A stretch of 64,000 nt of DNA. Origin: Ptychomitrium polyphyllum. Lineage: Eukaryota. Positions 38,401-49,613 of this stretch are shown piece by piece; within the stretch, counting starts at the first letter, position 1; every line of letters begins with the position of its first letter. The notes beneath the pieces are model-generated. The model had not been told where the DNA came from. It saw only the letters and a program-made list of their open reading frames with translations, and did not search any database. Location of the stretch: positions 9,610,001-9,674,000 of the forward strand of contig OZ316775.1 of the NCBI GenBank assembly GCA_973851085.1, written 5' to 3'. Both the position numbers and the translations under genes were made by a program.

Positions 38401-39071
38401 GTGAGAGGATTGCAAAACACTTTGTTAAGGTGGACAATAAATTCCCTTATCAAATTCTAAATTGATGATTTGAAAAAAATTAGTTATTTTCTACTTTTAT
38501 TATCAATCCCCTTATATTTCATATTTAAAATATGTACATAAGTAATTTCAAATGCATTATACACATACCTACTAATGTCTACATGTAACTAAATTTATAA
38601 GCTTGGTTATAAGTTGGTATATAAAATTGCCACCAGTATATGCACTTCCATTTATGGCATCATTTGATGGTAGTAAAAATGGCACATCCTTCACTTGTCA
38701 ATGTTGCTTCATCATTAAAACCAATTAAAAAATTATATTCGCCTTTATCATTGGTTATACTTTGAAGCAAGGTAGTTTATTTTCTTTGTTGTTGTTGTAA
38801 TTTAATCAACCATACTTTAATCTAGCAGCATATTGGCTAGCTAAACTGTAATAATTGAGAATTTGTGCAACATTACGTTAGTCCAATGTCTAGCCATGAC
38901 TTATTTGGAAGAATGTATAATTCATCTTACACTAGATTGATATCATCTATTGATTTCTTGACTTCACAGTTGTTGGTATTTCTTCTTTAATTGTCAAAAA
39001 GTACTAAATTGGAGACCTTAAATGAATGTTTTTTTATACCAATCCATTTTATTTTATTTCTTTGTCTTATT

Positions 39072-39233
39072 TATGAGATTTGAATTATTGTAGATATACA
39101 CTAAATCATTTGCAATTTTCAATTGAAATACATTTCAAACTTTATTGGAGACAAAAGAAAAATTATTTTAATTTCTTTCACAAGATGAAGAAGAGTATAC
39201 TTGCGCTAGCACCTTCTTTGCTGTAGGCACTAG
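39072..39233 (-). mobile_element. Degenerate hAT transposase C-terminal dimerisation-domain remnant
   Basis: The minus frame reads LVPTAKKVLAQVYSSSSCERN*NNFSFVSNKV*NVFQLKIANDLVYIYNNSNLI, matching the hAT consensus LA.R.LSQ..SSS.CERNWS.F..IH.K.RN.L.....NDLVYV..N. Stops sit at the conserved W and R positions. Confidence 0.85.
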
Positions 39234-42200
39234 TTTTTTACCAAATGCTCTTCCAAAGTCTACCATATGTATGTAAAAGCATTCATTTTTTAAAAGCTAA
39301 TATATCTTGAATAGACCCTACTTGTATTAAAGGTTTTGATACTTTCCACCATGTATGAATAGTTTTTTGCATTATATAACTTTTTGAATACTTTTTGGCA
39401 AACTTCCTTTGCATCAATGTTATCTGCTAAGTCATTTTTGCCCAATAGATATGGATTGAAGAATGCCACAACAAAGTAAATTTGTAGTGATCATTTAACA
39501 ATAACGCTTGTGTTCTTGCTATGCTTTATTTTTCTAAATCAAGCAAAATAGCGTGTATTGTAACCACATACTTTGCAAGGTTTTAAAACATTTGTAGCAC
39601 TATTTTTATGCATGGAGACTTTCTACCAAAGTTACGTGTTGCATTCATTGCGTGCCAACCAAGATACATTGTCTTGGATCAACTTCTTTATTATTCTTGA
39701 TATTATTAAGTATACAAGAAACAATAAAGGATAGGAGGAGTATTTTTCTTTAAAACAAATAAAATTAAAATAAAAAACTATAATAGATGTGAATCATGTG
39801 ATATAGCATGTTATTGCATATATGAACAAAAAATCAATTTATCTCTGAAAGGTACAAATTTTTTAATAAATAAATAACATATTACATGTGGTATGTTACA
39901 ATATATGGTGGTATATGTGATGTATATACATTTTGAAAAAAGCACTTCACACATGGATGTATAGAAAAGGTATGAGAGATATAAACAGAATTAATATATC
40001 AATTTGTAGGAAGGGTAGTAAAAAAGACCTAAAAAAATCTTACATATGGTACATATTACATCAAAAAAATATTAATAATATTCTAGCATATTTTGACATT
40101 TACATTTTGTGACCAATTTCAAATCTCAAAAACATTCATCGATTATTGGTGAAGTAAAGATATCTTTAAGTTTGAAGAAGAATGTTTCTATGGTTGCTTA
40201 AAAATCCCAAATATTATAATAATGCATTTATTAATTGTAATAAATGATCTTTTCAATGGTACAGTATAAAACAATTGTAGATGCAAAGATACTAATACAA
40301 ATTCAAAAGTATTCCACATGGATTCAAAATAAAATCTGAATTTGGATTTAAAAAAATTTGCAATAAATATTTTCAATTGAAGAGGATATTTCATCCAACT
40401 TATTTACAATAATTTAATAAAATTCATCACTAAAATTTTCACTTGCTTGTACATTCACTATCATTTATAATGTAAAAATAAAAATTTTAAGATATACTTT
40501 TAGATATTTACATTCTAAATATTCAACAACTAATATTGTTTGCAATAATTGCACCATTTTTTGTTCATACTTTGTAATATAGAATTCCTCATTTTAACAT
40601 CTTTAATCTACACTTTGAGTCCATAGTTTTAAATATAAAAGTCCCCAATCTTCAACAAAAACAAAATTCATTATGTATAATATTTTCATACATAATTTAA
40701 TACAATTTCTTTTACAAATCTAATATCATAACTTTGATTATTTTTATTTCATATTATAAATGCTATTTATGATTAAAGGATTTAGAAAATATATGTAGAC
40801 AAATAAAAATCTTTAATCATTAGCTAAAAACTTCATGTTCTATCTCTCAAAGGTAAAACTACCATCATTGTTAATATGTATTTCTTTGCAAGCTTGTATC
40901 TTGGACAAATTAGAATTTTTATTAATTTAATTTGTAATTAGCAATGGATGAATCTTTATACTTCTTTGCAACTTTTTCATTTGCATAATTTTTTACTTTT
41001 TTTTTCATTTAATTACAATTATATAACTATAATATCAATACCAAAGTAATAATTTTTTTTTAAATATTTATTTTTATTTACCATGTATTAAATTTAAGAA
41101 ATTAGCAACAAACTATTATTGAAAAATTCACACCAAGTCTAAAGGCATAAGAGTATATTATCTTGCAAAGAAAGTTACCAAACCATTTAAATTTATATTT
41201 TGAAATTAATCAACGAACTAGAGATAAAATAAAATTACAACCATTGTAAAAAATCAAAGTTTGGTTTTTTAATAAATAGCTTCAAAGCTATTTTATAGGA
41301 GAAAAAATATGGTAGTTGGTAAATATAATTTTCAAATAAACTTCTTCTTTGAATAATTCTTAATAAATTGTAAAACTAATTTTTTTGAAAAGCATATATA
41401 CATATATATTAAAAAAAATTGAATGATGTACGCAATGAGTGTTGTTTTTTTAATGAAATACTATGTTGTTGAATTGGATACCAAATGATGCACAAAACAT
41501 ATTGAAAGCAAAAAGGTATGGGGATTTTTGAACTGTAATTAGGTATTGGAAAAAATGTAGAAATTTATTTCAATAGTTGTGTAAAAATGACTTCATTTAT
41601 GTAAACAATGAATTTTTATGAAAAGATCTTGATGTTAAAATTTGCATAATTCAAACTTATTGCAATAAAACCAATTAGTATTTTAATAGTTAATATATAA
41701 ATTATGATGATTTTTAACTTATAAAATTTACATTATACAATTCATGATGCACATTGAGGATATAAATGTGTGTGAATAATTTCAAATTAATAATCTAATG
41801 CTTTTGTTTGAAAGCCAGTTTTAAACTTTTATTTCTAAATAAGATTTTTTAATGAAAATTTAAAATCTTTATGTAAAATGAAGAATAGTATCTTTTTAAG
41901 TATTAATATATAATTTTTTTTGAATACTATATTGTGATTATTCTTATATTGTAAAATAATTAATTTTAGTGAAATTTTTTACTTATAATTTTTACTTATA
42001 ATTAGAACTAATTTTCATTTGAATTAGTGTTAAAAGTGCCATCTATGGATTTTATAATTTTGATTGGTTGATTGTTTAGATGTTAATAGTGATATATTTC
42101 ATAAATATATCAAAATATATGGAATTGTGGAGATTTATTATGACCTAGCAAAAATATGTCATTTTAAATCTTCAAATGTTTATCATCAAAATATTTCATA

Positions 42201-43261
42201 TGTATTTTCATATTAACAAATTTCTTTTTTATTAAATCATTCTTATTAGTTATGTCTTTTTATATTTATAATATTTATCTTAGTGAAAAATTTTAAATTA
42301 AATTATTCTATTTCAATTAGTTATTTCAAAACTCATAAATACTAATGTAATAATTATTAATAGAATAAAAATATATCACTAATAATTTCAAATTAATACA
42401 TAGGTGTTGCTAATGAAATAGTTAATTAATCAATGACATGCATACAAGAATGGTCAAATTTCATAAAGTATGTTGATTAAATGATTAATATATACAACAT
42501 TTGTTACAAAAAATATGTATGAAGTAAGGTCAATGCAATATAGAGAAATTTTTGTTATCAAATAAAATTCTTTTATACATAAATGTCAATTTTCCATTTC
42601 CAATTGTCTTTAACAAATTTTGAGTTAAAGCATACATTAGCACAAAAAGAACTTTAAAAAATGAAAGATTTTGAATTAGTATATGATGAAAAGATTATTG
42701 TACAAAAAATATTTTTATATTCCAAATTGGTAAATTGTTTCTAATCAAAATATCAGATTTATCTTTTCAAAACCTTTTAAGAATCCGTGAGCAAAGACAT
42801 GTGATTTATTCTTTTAATTATTTTTTACATATGCATATTGTATACATTTTAGCTAGCACAAAGTATAACTATGAATTGCAGAATATTCTAGAAATTTTCC
42901 AAAAAATTAGAAAAATACTCACTTTTTTTGACAAATATAGCCTTATATAGTTTTTAAGTCAATAAAATTTTATAAATTTCAATAAAAAATTTATTTATAT
43001 ATATTTTTTGAAAAGAAAAGACAAAAAGAAAATAAAAAGGCCATAATATAATATAATTAAATTTGAATAAAATTTAAATAGCACTATTTTTTAAGCTATC
43101 TTGTTGTCATTAATTATATCAAGAAAAGTAAAGCTTGGATTTATATGCATTTTAAACAAGTATGGCCGCTATTGTATCAAAGATGTGATAGCAATTAATG
43201 TAAGTTTTTGTATAATGGAAAATTCATGAAAGTAAAATAAAAAAAATCCACAAATTTGGAT

Positions 43262-43420
43262 GAATAAACAGACAAACAAATAGACATACAAACAAATGGA
43301 TACATAAACAAACATACAAATGGACAAATATACAGATAAACAAATATACAAATATACAAACAAATAAACTTCTAGAGACTATCAGGTTTTTTTTATATTA
43401 CATATGAAGATCTAAAAGTG
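43262..43420 (-). repeat. Decayed tetranucleotide (GTYY-like) microsatellite next to a possible Helentron/HINE-like terminus
   Basis: The minus strand reads ttttagatcttcatatgtaatataaaaaaaacctgatag...gtttatttgtttgtatatttgt...gtctatttgtttgtctgttt, the same layout as 19371-19430 in a more AT-shifted form. Confidence 0.55.
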
Positions 43421-44675
43421 GTCATTTAAATAATTAAATTCAAAAATTAAGAGTTTACATTTTAATTCTCAATATTGGATGTATGAAAATTGATTTGTGT
43501 ACATGCTCTTAGAATATTGTGCTAGCACTATACATCTTGATAGTATTGCCTTTGCACTATGTATTACATTATGTGGATTTTTTATACTTATAATTTGTAT
43601 GAGTTCACTTTATATGAAAGGTTTATGCATTGTTTTCTAAATAATCAGTATTTCAAAAATTTAATTTTTTTTAACTAAATTTTAATTTCAAATAAATATT
43701 CAATCATAATTTTATATAATTAATTTTTCTCACTATTTGGTTCAAAACGTACTAGAGAGCTTAATAATCAGTGTGAACAAGTCTACAAAGGTAAATAAAT
43801 TCACAAAAAAATAATAACATGAACAATATTGATTTTTGAATTATATATATTTATAAAACTATTACATAAAAGATGTATTATTAGATGTTGCTAATTTATA
43901 ATGTTCTGTAATTTGCAATGTTATCTATGTTTTAACAAAAAGATAATAAGGTATTATTTGATTTAATAAAAACTAATAAATATTAATTTGAATGTAATGA
44001 ATGGTCAAAAAAAAATGAATAACTTAAAATCATTTATTTAATTGTCATATAACTTGATGATTTAAATATAATACTCATTCATGTTTAATAAGAAAAATTC
44101 TAAAAACATATCAGGTCTAATAATAAGTTAAAAATTCCAAAAACATTGATAAATATTTTGTAGTTTTTTCTCAATTGAAAGATTAACAAAGATTGAAATT
44201 AACAAGCATTTGGTTTTTGATTACAAATATGTTTGTATATTGTAATTACATGGCAATGGAAAAGTATAGTAAAGACTAAATTTATTTATAATGAAATATC
44301 TAATAGTAAGTAATCAACTTTTATCAAATCCAAATGAAAAAAAAAAAAACCTAATACTATTCAACTTCCATACAACTTCTACATATACATATGTAATGAC
44401 CTTCATTCCATGGTAGAAGGTTCGTAAAATAAAGGTCAATATACAAATATCTTCATTATCATTCTATCTTCCATTGTAACCTAAATAATAAACAAATTAG
44501 AACAAAAAACATCAACATACTAGCAACCAAACAAATAGAACTCCACACTTGGAAATAAAAACAATAAACATCACCACAAAGAAAATGCAACAAAATTCAC
44601 TTCATTCATCCTACATTCACAAAACAGATGCCAAAAGTTTCCCCTTTGCATCATCACCATCGTTAACTTCCACTC

Positions 44676-44760
44676 ACATCCAAACCACATCCAAACGGCA
44701 TCCTAACCACATCCAAACCGCATCCGAAACTCATCCAAACCGCATCCGAAACTCATCCAA
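44676..44760. repeat. Minisatellite of ~11-bp CATCC(A/G)AA-based units, including a perfect 22-bp tandem duplication
   Basis: catccaaaccgcatccgaaact occurs twice in tandem at 44710-44753, preceded by cacatccaaaccacatccaaacggcatcctaacc. Confidence 0.85.
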
Positions 44761-45013
44761 ATGCGCCCACGATAAAAACAGAAGAAATCAAAGGTACGAA
44801 AAGGGAGAGCACGGCTTTGTGCCAACAGTCCAAGAAGTAAAGTAAGAAAAAGCAGAAGGCACAGGGTGCAGGGTGGGCAGGGCAAGGACGAGGAGTGTGT
44901 TCCTAGGGCTCTGATCCACACACAACCCTTCCTCCGCGTCCGCCTTGATTAGGGCATCTTGCATGCCAATTACGGACTCCTCGCACCGTCTCTGCCCTGC
45001 CCTCACGCCATCG

Positions 45014-45240
45014 TTGCCCTGCCCTGCCCTACCCTGCCCTTGCCTGCCCGGCCCTTGCCTGCCCGGCCCTTGCCTGCCTGTGCCCATGCCCATGCCCATG
45101 CCCATGCCCGTGCCCGTGCCCGTGCCCGTGCGCGGGCCTGGCCTGGCCATGCCATGGCATTGCCTTGCCTTGCCTTTCACTTGGTGGCCTTGGCGTGGCG
45201 TGCCCTTGCCTTGCCTTGCCTTGCCCTGCCCTTCCCTTCA
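45014..45240. repeat. GC-rich low-complexity block upstream of the UBC gene: (TGCCC)/(TGCCT)n, (CCCATG)4, (CCCGTG)4 and a 15-bp tandem duplication
   Basis: Visible directly: gcccttgcctgcccg in tandem, cccatg x4, cccgtg x4, ccttg x4. Confidence 0.9.
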
Positions 45241-45501
45241 CCTTGCACTCCCTACTACCCACATCTCACCTTTCCCATCTCTCGTTTTTATCTTAGACTG
45301 GGGCTCACTACCTTTGGAGAACAGCGGAGGGCATAGCTTGTGTGTTGTTTGGCGTCTGAAACGCCCAACGTGGAGTCCAAAACATCCACCTTGGGAAGGG
45401 GTGGTTTCTTTCTGTGGGAGTGGTTGTGGTGTTGTGTCTGAGTAAGTGTTGGTTTGTTGGTCTTAGACCACTTCGTGGGGTGAGTTTTGGGGTTGTGGTG
45501 T

Positions 45502-45525
45502 TGGTGGTGGTGGTGGTGGTGGTGG
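45502..45525 (+). repeat. (TGG)8 microsatellite in the probable UBC 5' UTR
   Basis: Eight perfect TGG units ending 35 nt before the ATG at 45561. Confidence 0.95.
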
Positions 45526-45560
45526 TGTTGTTGTTTGGGGTGTGGGGCGTTCCGTGCATC

Positions 45561-47655
45561 ATGTCGTCCCCAAGCAAGCGACGGGAGATGGACGTGATGA
45601 AGCTGTAAGCATTTTTTTGGGTTATTTTAAACCTTTGAAAAAGAATTGTTGTGTTTGGTTTTCTTTTTTATGGTATGTAGTGTTGTTTCGGTTTGTCTGT
45701 TGTGATGGTTCATGTGATGGTGGTGTGTTTTGTTGTGATTAGGTTCTTGGTGTATGTGGTGGTGATGTAGTGGGCTCTATTGAATTGCTCTTGGTTGCTC
45801 GTTTGGTTTTGTATCTATCATCTCGGAAGCTGGGATGGTTTTGTTTCGGAGGACGTTGGTGAGATGGCGTTTTGGGAAGTTGTTTTGTTGGTTGCATCGT
45901 GAATTCGTTCTTTTTGTTGCTCATTTGGAAACCGATGTGATGCGGAACGTGTTGAAACGGCAAGGTGTGATGTGTAGCATCTGACGATGCTAGAGCGTGT
46001 GGCTGGATAGGATGATGAGTGACTACAAAGTGGAGATGGTGAATGATGGAATGAGCGAATTCTATGTGGAGTTCCATGGGCCACGTGACAGTACGCTTCT
46101 CTACCTTCTATTGTTTCTTTGGTTTTTCTTCGTTGGTAAAGCGTATGCGTGCAGCTGCTTTCGAGGGTCGCATGGTCGTCTGTGAAGTTGAGGCAGGCTT
46201 TGTTCGTCTTAGGCTGTTAGCAGTGACGTCCATGACCTATTTCAGTATTGTGTGTGCTTCTTGTGAAGATGGCAGAAGGGAAGTCACTGTGAAATTGGAG
46301 TTTTATTTGCAATAAGTTGCATTCTATGTTTGCACATGCTATAACGTAAGGGTTGGTGAGGAGATGTAGTAGAGTCGTGGTTTTTGATGTCTGAATTTCA
46401 TTTTCTGGTCATGTATTCGGTTGATCATGTTTGTGTGAACTTCATTGTTCAGACATACCGTTTTGTTTGATCTGTACTAGGCTGACGGAGAACGATTTTC
46501 TCTGGATGATGGCAGGCCCGTATCAAGAAGGAACTTGGAAAATTCGAGTTGAATTACCTGACGCTTACCCTTACAAGTCTCCTTCTATTGGGTTTGTGAA
46601 CAGGATCTTCCATCCTAATGTGGATGAGATGTAAGACATTATCTTCCAATTCCATGTCATATCTATCGGAGTATATCCTGAATACTGTCAATTGTATCCT
46701 CGTTCTTATTTTATGTCTGCGGGTCCTTGTTGCTTTATTCACAACCTGTATGCAGGTTCAGGTTCGTTTGGCAGATGTCTGAGCATTATCTCATGCATCT
46801 CCTTTTTCTATGAAGAGCATGGCTGTAATCGTGGTGGACGTGAGATTCAGATGCTTAGACGTTGGGCATCTGCGGTGGTTGCAGGTCAGGATCTGTGTGC
46901 TTGGATGTCATCAATCAAACTTGGAGTCCCATGTTTGGTGAGTGGCCTTGTCTTTTTTTTTTCGACGTTGATTATTGTGTCATTGAAATTTAGGGTTTCG
47001 CAAGACGACGTGCTGCTTGATTCTTAGACTTACTTTCAAGTCAATTGTAGTTGGTTATTTAGGGTTTTGTGGTCAAAGTTTGGTTTCCTGAAGTGTGGCC
47101 TATCCTGAAATTTTGTTCAACTATTTTGGCCTTCAGTTGATCTAATTGTTTGCACTTGTGGCTTCAATCATGCAGATCTCATCAATGTGTTCGAAGTCTT
47201 CTTGCCCCAGCTTCTACTCTACCCTAATCCCACTGATCCCTTGAACGGTGAGGCTGCAGCGTTGATGATGCGAGACCGCGAACATTATGAGCAGAAAGTG
47301 AAAGGTACTTCGTTAGAGTCTCTGACTTTGAAAACCCTGATTTGTTTGAATGTGGACGCCCCGGATTATAAATATGGTAAGAATTTTTGATTGTAATGCA
47401 CACGGATTTAAGAGTTCGAATCTACATTTTCAACAATTTGCATTGCTAGGTTTCCGCTGATGTTTCTTGTCTGCTGCTGGATGGATTTTAACTACACATT
47501 CGGTTTCTGTGTGCCTTACAGAATATTGTGAAAGATATGCTAAGCTGGAGGACATTGGAAGGCGTCCAGAGGAGGATTCCGACGATGATGAGTTGAGCGA
47601 GGAAGAAGACTGCATGTCAAGTGACGAGGATATGGCTGGCCATGCAGATCCTTGA
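45561..47655 (+). CDS. UBC4: Ubiquitin-conjugating enzyme E2, UBC4/5/6 (UBE2H/Ubc8) class, 184 aa
   Basis: Exons 45561-45604, 46011-46090, 46516-46630, 46885-46937, 47176-47304 and 47522-47655 (555 nt). Motifs: [65 protein letters not shown] (active-site Cys) and an acidic tail. The symbol denotes the subfamily, not a one-to-one ortholog. Confidence 0.96.
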
Positions 47656-49613
47656 GGCTTTTGTTCACATGGCTCTCTAAATTGAAGGTCCTCCTTGTCC
47701 TATCCACTTGAACGGGGTCAGTCTGACGAGGGCTATGCTCCGTTACTTGTTTGACATCCACTTTGGGTGGCTAGAATCCTGGGCAGACAAAGTCTTTGGA
47801 ATATGATGGCTTCACCCCGTGATTTTGTCTCAAAAGGGTTTTTGAGGCTGATGGACAGGTAATCCTGGTGTCGTATTGCAATAACTGAGGGTCTTCACGG
47901 TCCTCCCTTACTCTTTGCTTGTGGATGGACCTCATAATTGGCTGCCAAGCAATGCCCAACTGTATATACAATTTGGGGCTGTAAAAAGTGGTAGCACTTT
48001 ATTTCTTAGGGTTCTCTGTTCTCACTTGGAATCTATACTTTCTGATTTATGAAACGTTCTGTGTGAGATAGCAATCACCAAAGGTGGTGAAGGATGTGCA
48101 TTTCACTTATATGGCAACCTCTGTTCATTGAAAATGTTACGAAAGCTTGGTGCTTTTGTGTACTGAAATCTTTTCAAAGATTATCAGGTTGAACTATGTA
48201 TGTACATGCCCGAGGGGAATGCAAATATACGAAAGTGTACGGATTCAAATTCTGGTGCAAGATCTAATTTGGTGCCGAACTGTGGATTCTGCTCTTTGAA
48301 TGCATTGCTCCAGGATTTTGTGTGACTTGGCTTTGCAAACTTTGGAACAGTCCGAAGGGCGTGCTAGGAATGTAGAATGCACGGCAACTGAATCTCCAGT
48401 TCGGAACACTTATTGTCATTGTATGTCATGTTGGAATACGAGTGGGGTTTACCGTAGTTGCGGAGTCTAAGCAAACAGTTCCATGTGTGGTATAGCTTCT
48501 GTCATACGGCAAACTTGTACATGTATTCTTTACCTTATTTAAGCACAGCAACAGTTGGGCTTTATTTGATTTTCCTGGATATTGGACTCACAATCACAAG
48601 GAACACACGTAAGGTTCTTGATCGAACGTGTATTGTTTTTGCTCTTTCGTGGAAATCAACAGCTTGGTGTCGACGTGTACATTGGAACGAGCATAGAGAA
48701 ACCTTGACAGGTTGTTCCAAATCACTGCAAAAATAACTTACTCGTTCTCCAGATTGTACCATAGATAGTTCTTCGGCTTCCTTGAGACCAAGCACTTAAA
48801 GGAACACTCCACATTTTGACACGCAACGAAGCGGCCACGAAAAATAATCTTGATATAAACAATTTAAGTCTTAAACAGGAATTGGAATCCCGTACATTTG
48901 CATTCTGCGTTGTGTACAGTTCGAAAAAGATAAGGGCCAAGCTTGCGAGTCACAACGTGGGACCAACTTCAAATCCCCAGAAAGCAGTGCACACAGAATC
49001 ATCATTTGTCACTTGACTTGTCACCGGCTTACACATGCAAAGGACATCAACATTGACTTGAATCTCCTCACACTAATTTATTGATAGTAATATTTGACAG
49101 TAAAATCAAACCTACACAAGGCTGCAACTTCGAAGTAGGAGCCGGACAGCAGTGACTGAACGTGGAACCAGGCGTGGCGCGTCAAGGAGCCGTCTCCCAG
49201 AGCGCGGCCATAGCCAACACTTGCACCATTATTGGCATCCTAGACTCGCTCTCATGACGACTCGTCACCTATTGCGACACCGGTATCACTACCTCCGAAA
49301 CTCGCACATCCATCCCAAATCCCCTGTAGCATCACCATAGATACACCCTGTAGCACAGTGTTGCACAACTTCAGGAGCACGCACGCCGAGTGAAGAGTTT
49401 GTCCGTGAAGAGTGAAGAGTGTGCATGTGAGAGTGAAGATAACAGAGCGGAAAGACACTTTTCTTTCATGTGGGACGTGAGGAATTTACATTTGTTTGTG
49501 AGTATGAGCGGAGCGAGGGCGTGAAGGAGGAGGGTTTGCGGGTGCACTCGGATTGTTGGCGTTGCATCGAGGACCGAGGATAAGGGGGAGGACGACAAGA
49601 AAAGGACCAGACG

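Noticed and set aside
40188..40394. FYFESMWNTFEFVLV resembles the S2-S3 WNxFDF motif of voltage-gated ion channels
   Set aside because: No S4 (RxxRxxR) or pore segment follows, and hydrophobic strings are expected by chance in very AT-rich DNA.
44676..44760. Regular repeats as a CRISPR-like array
   Set aside because: The units are directly adjacent with no unique spacers, and the context is eukaryotic with no cas genes.
44788..45445. His/Gly-, Pro/Cys- and Ala/His-repeat ORFs on both strands
   Set aside because: All frames are open only because the simple repeats lack stop codons.
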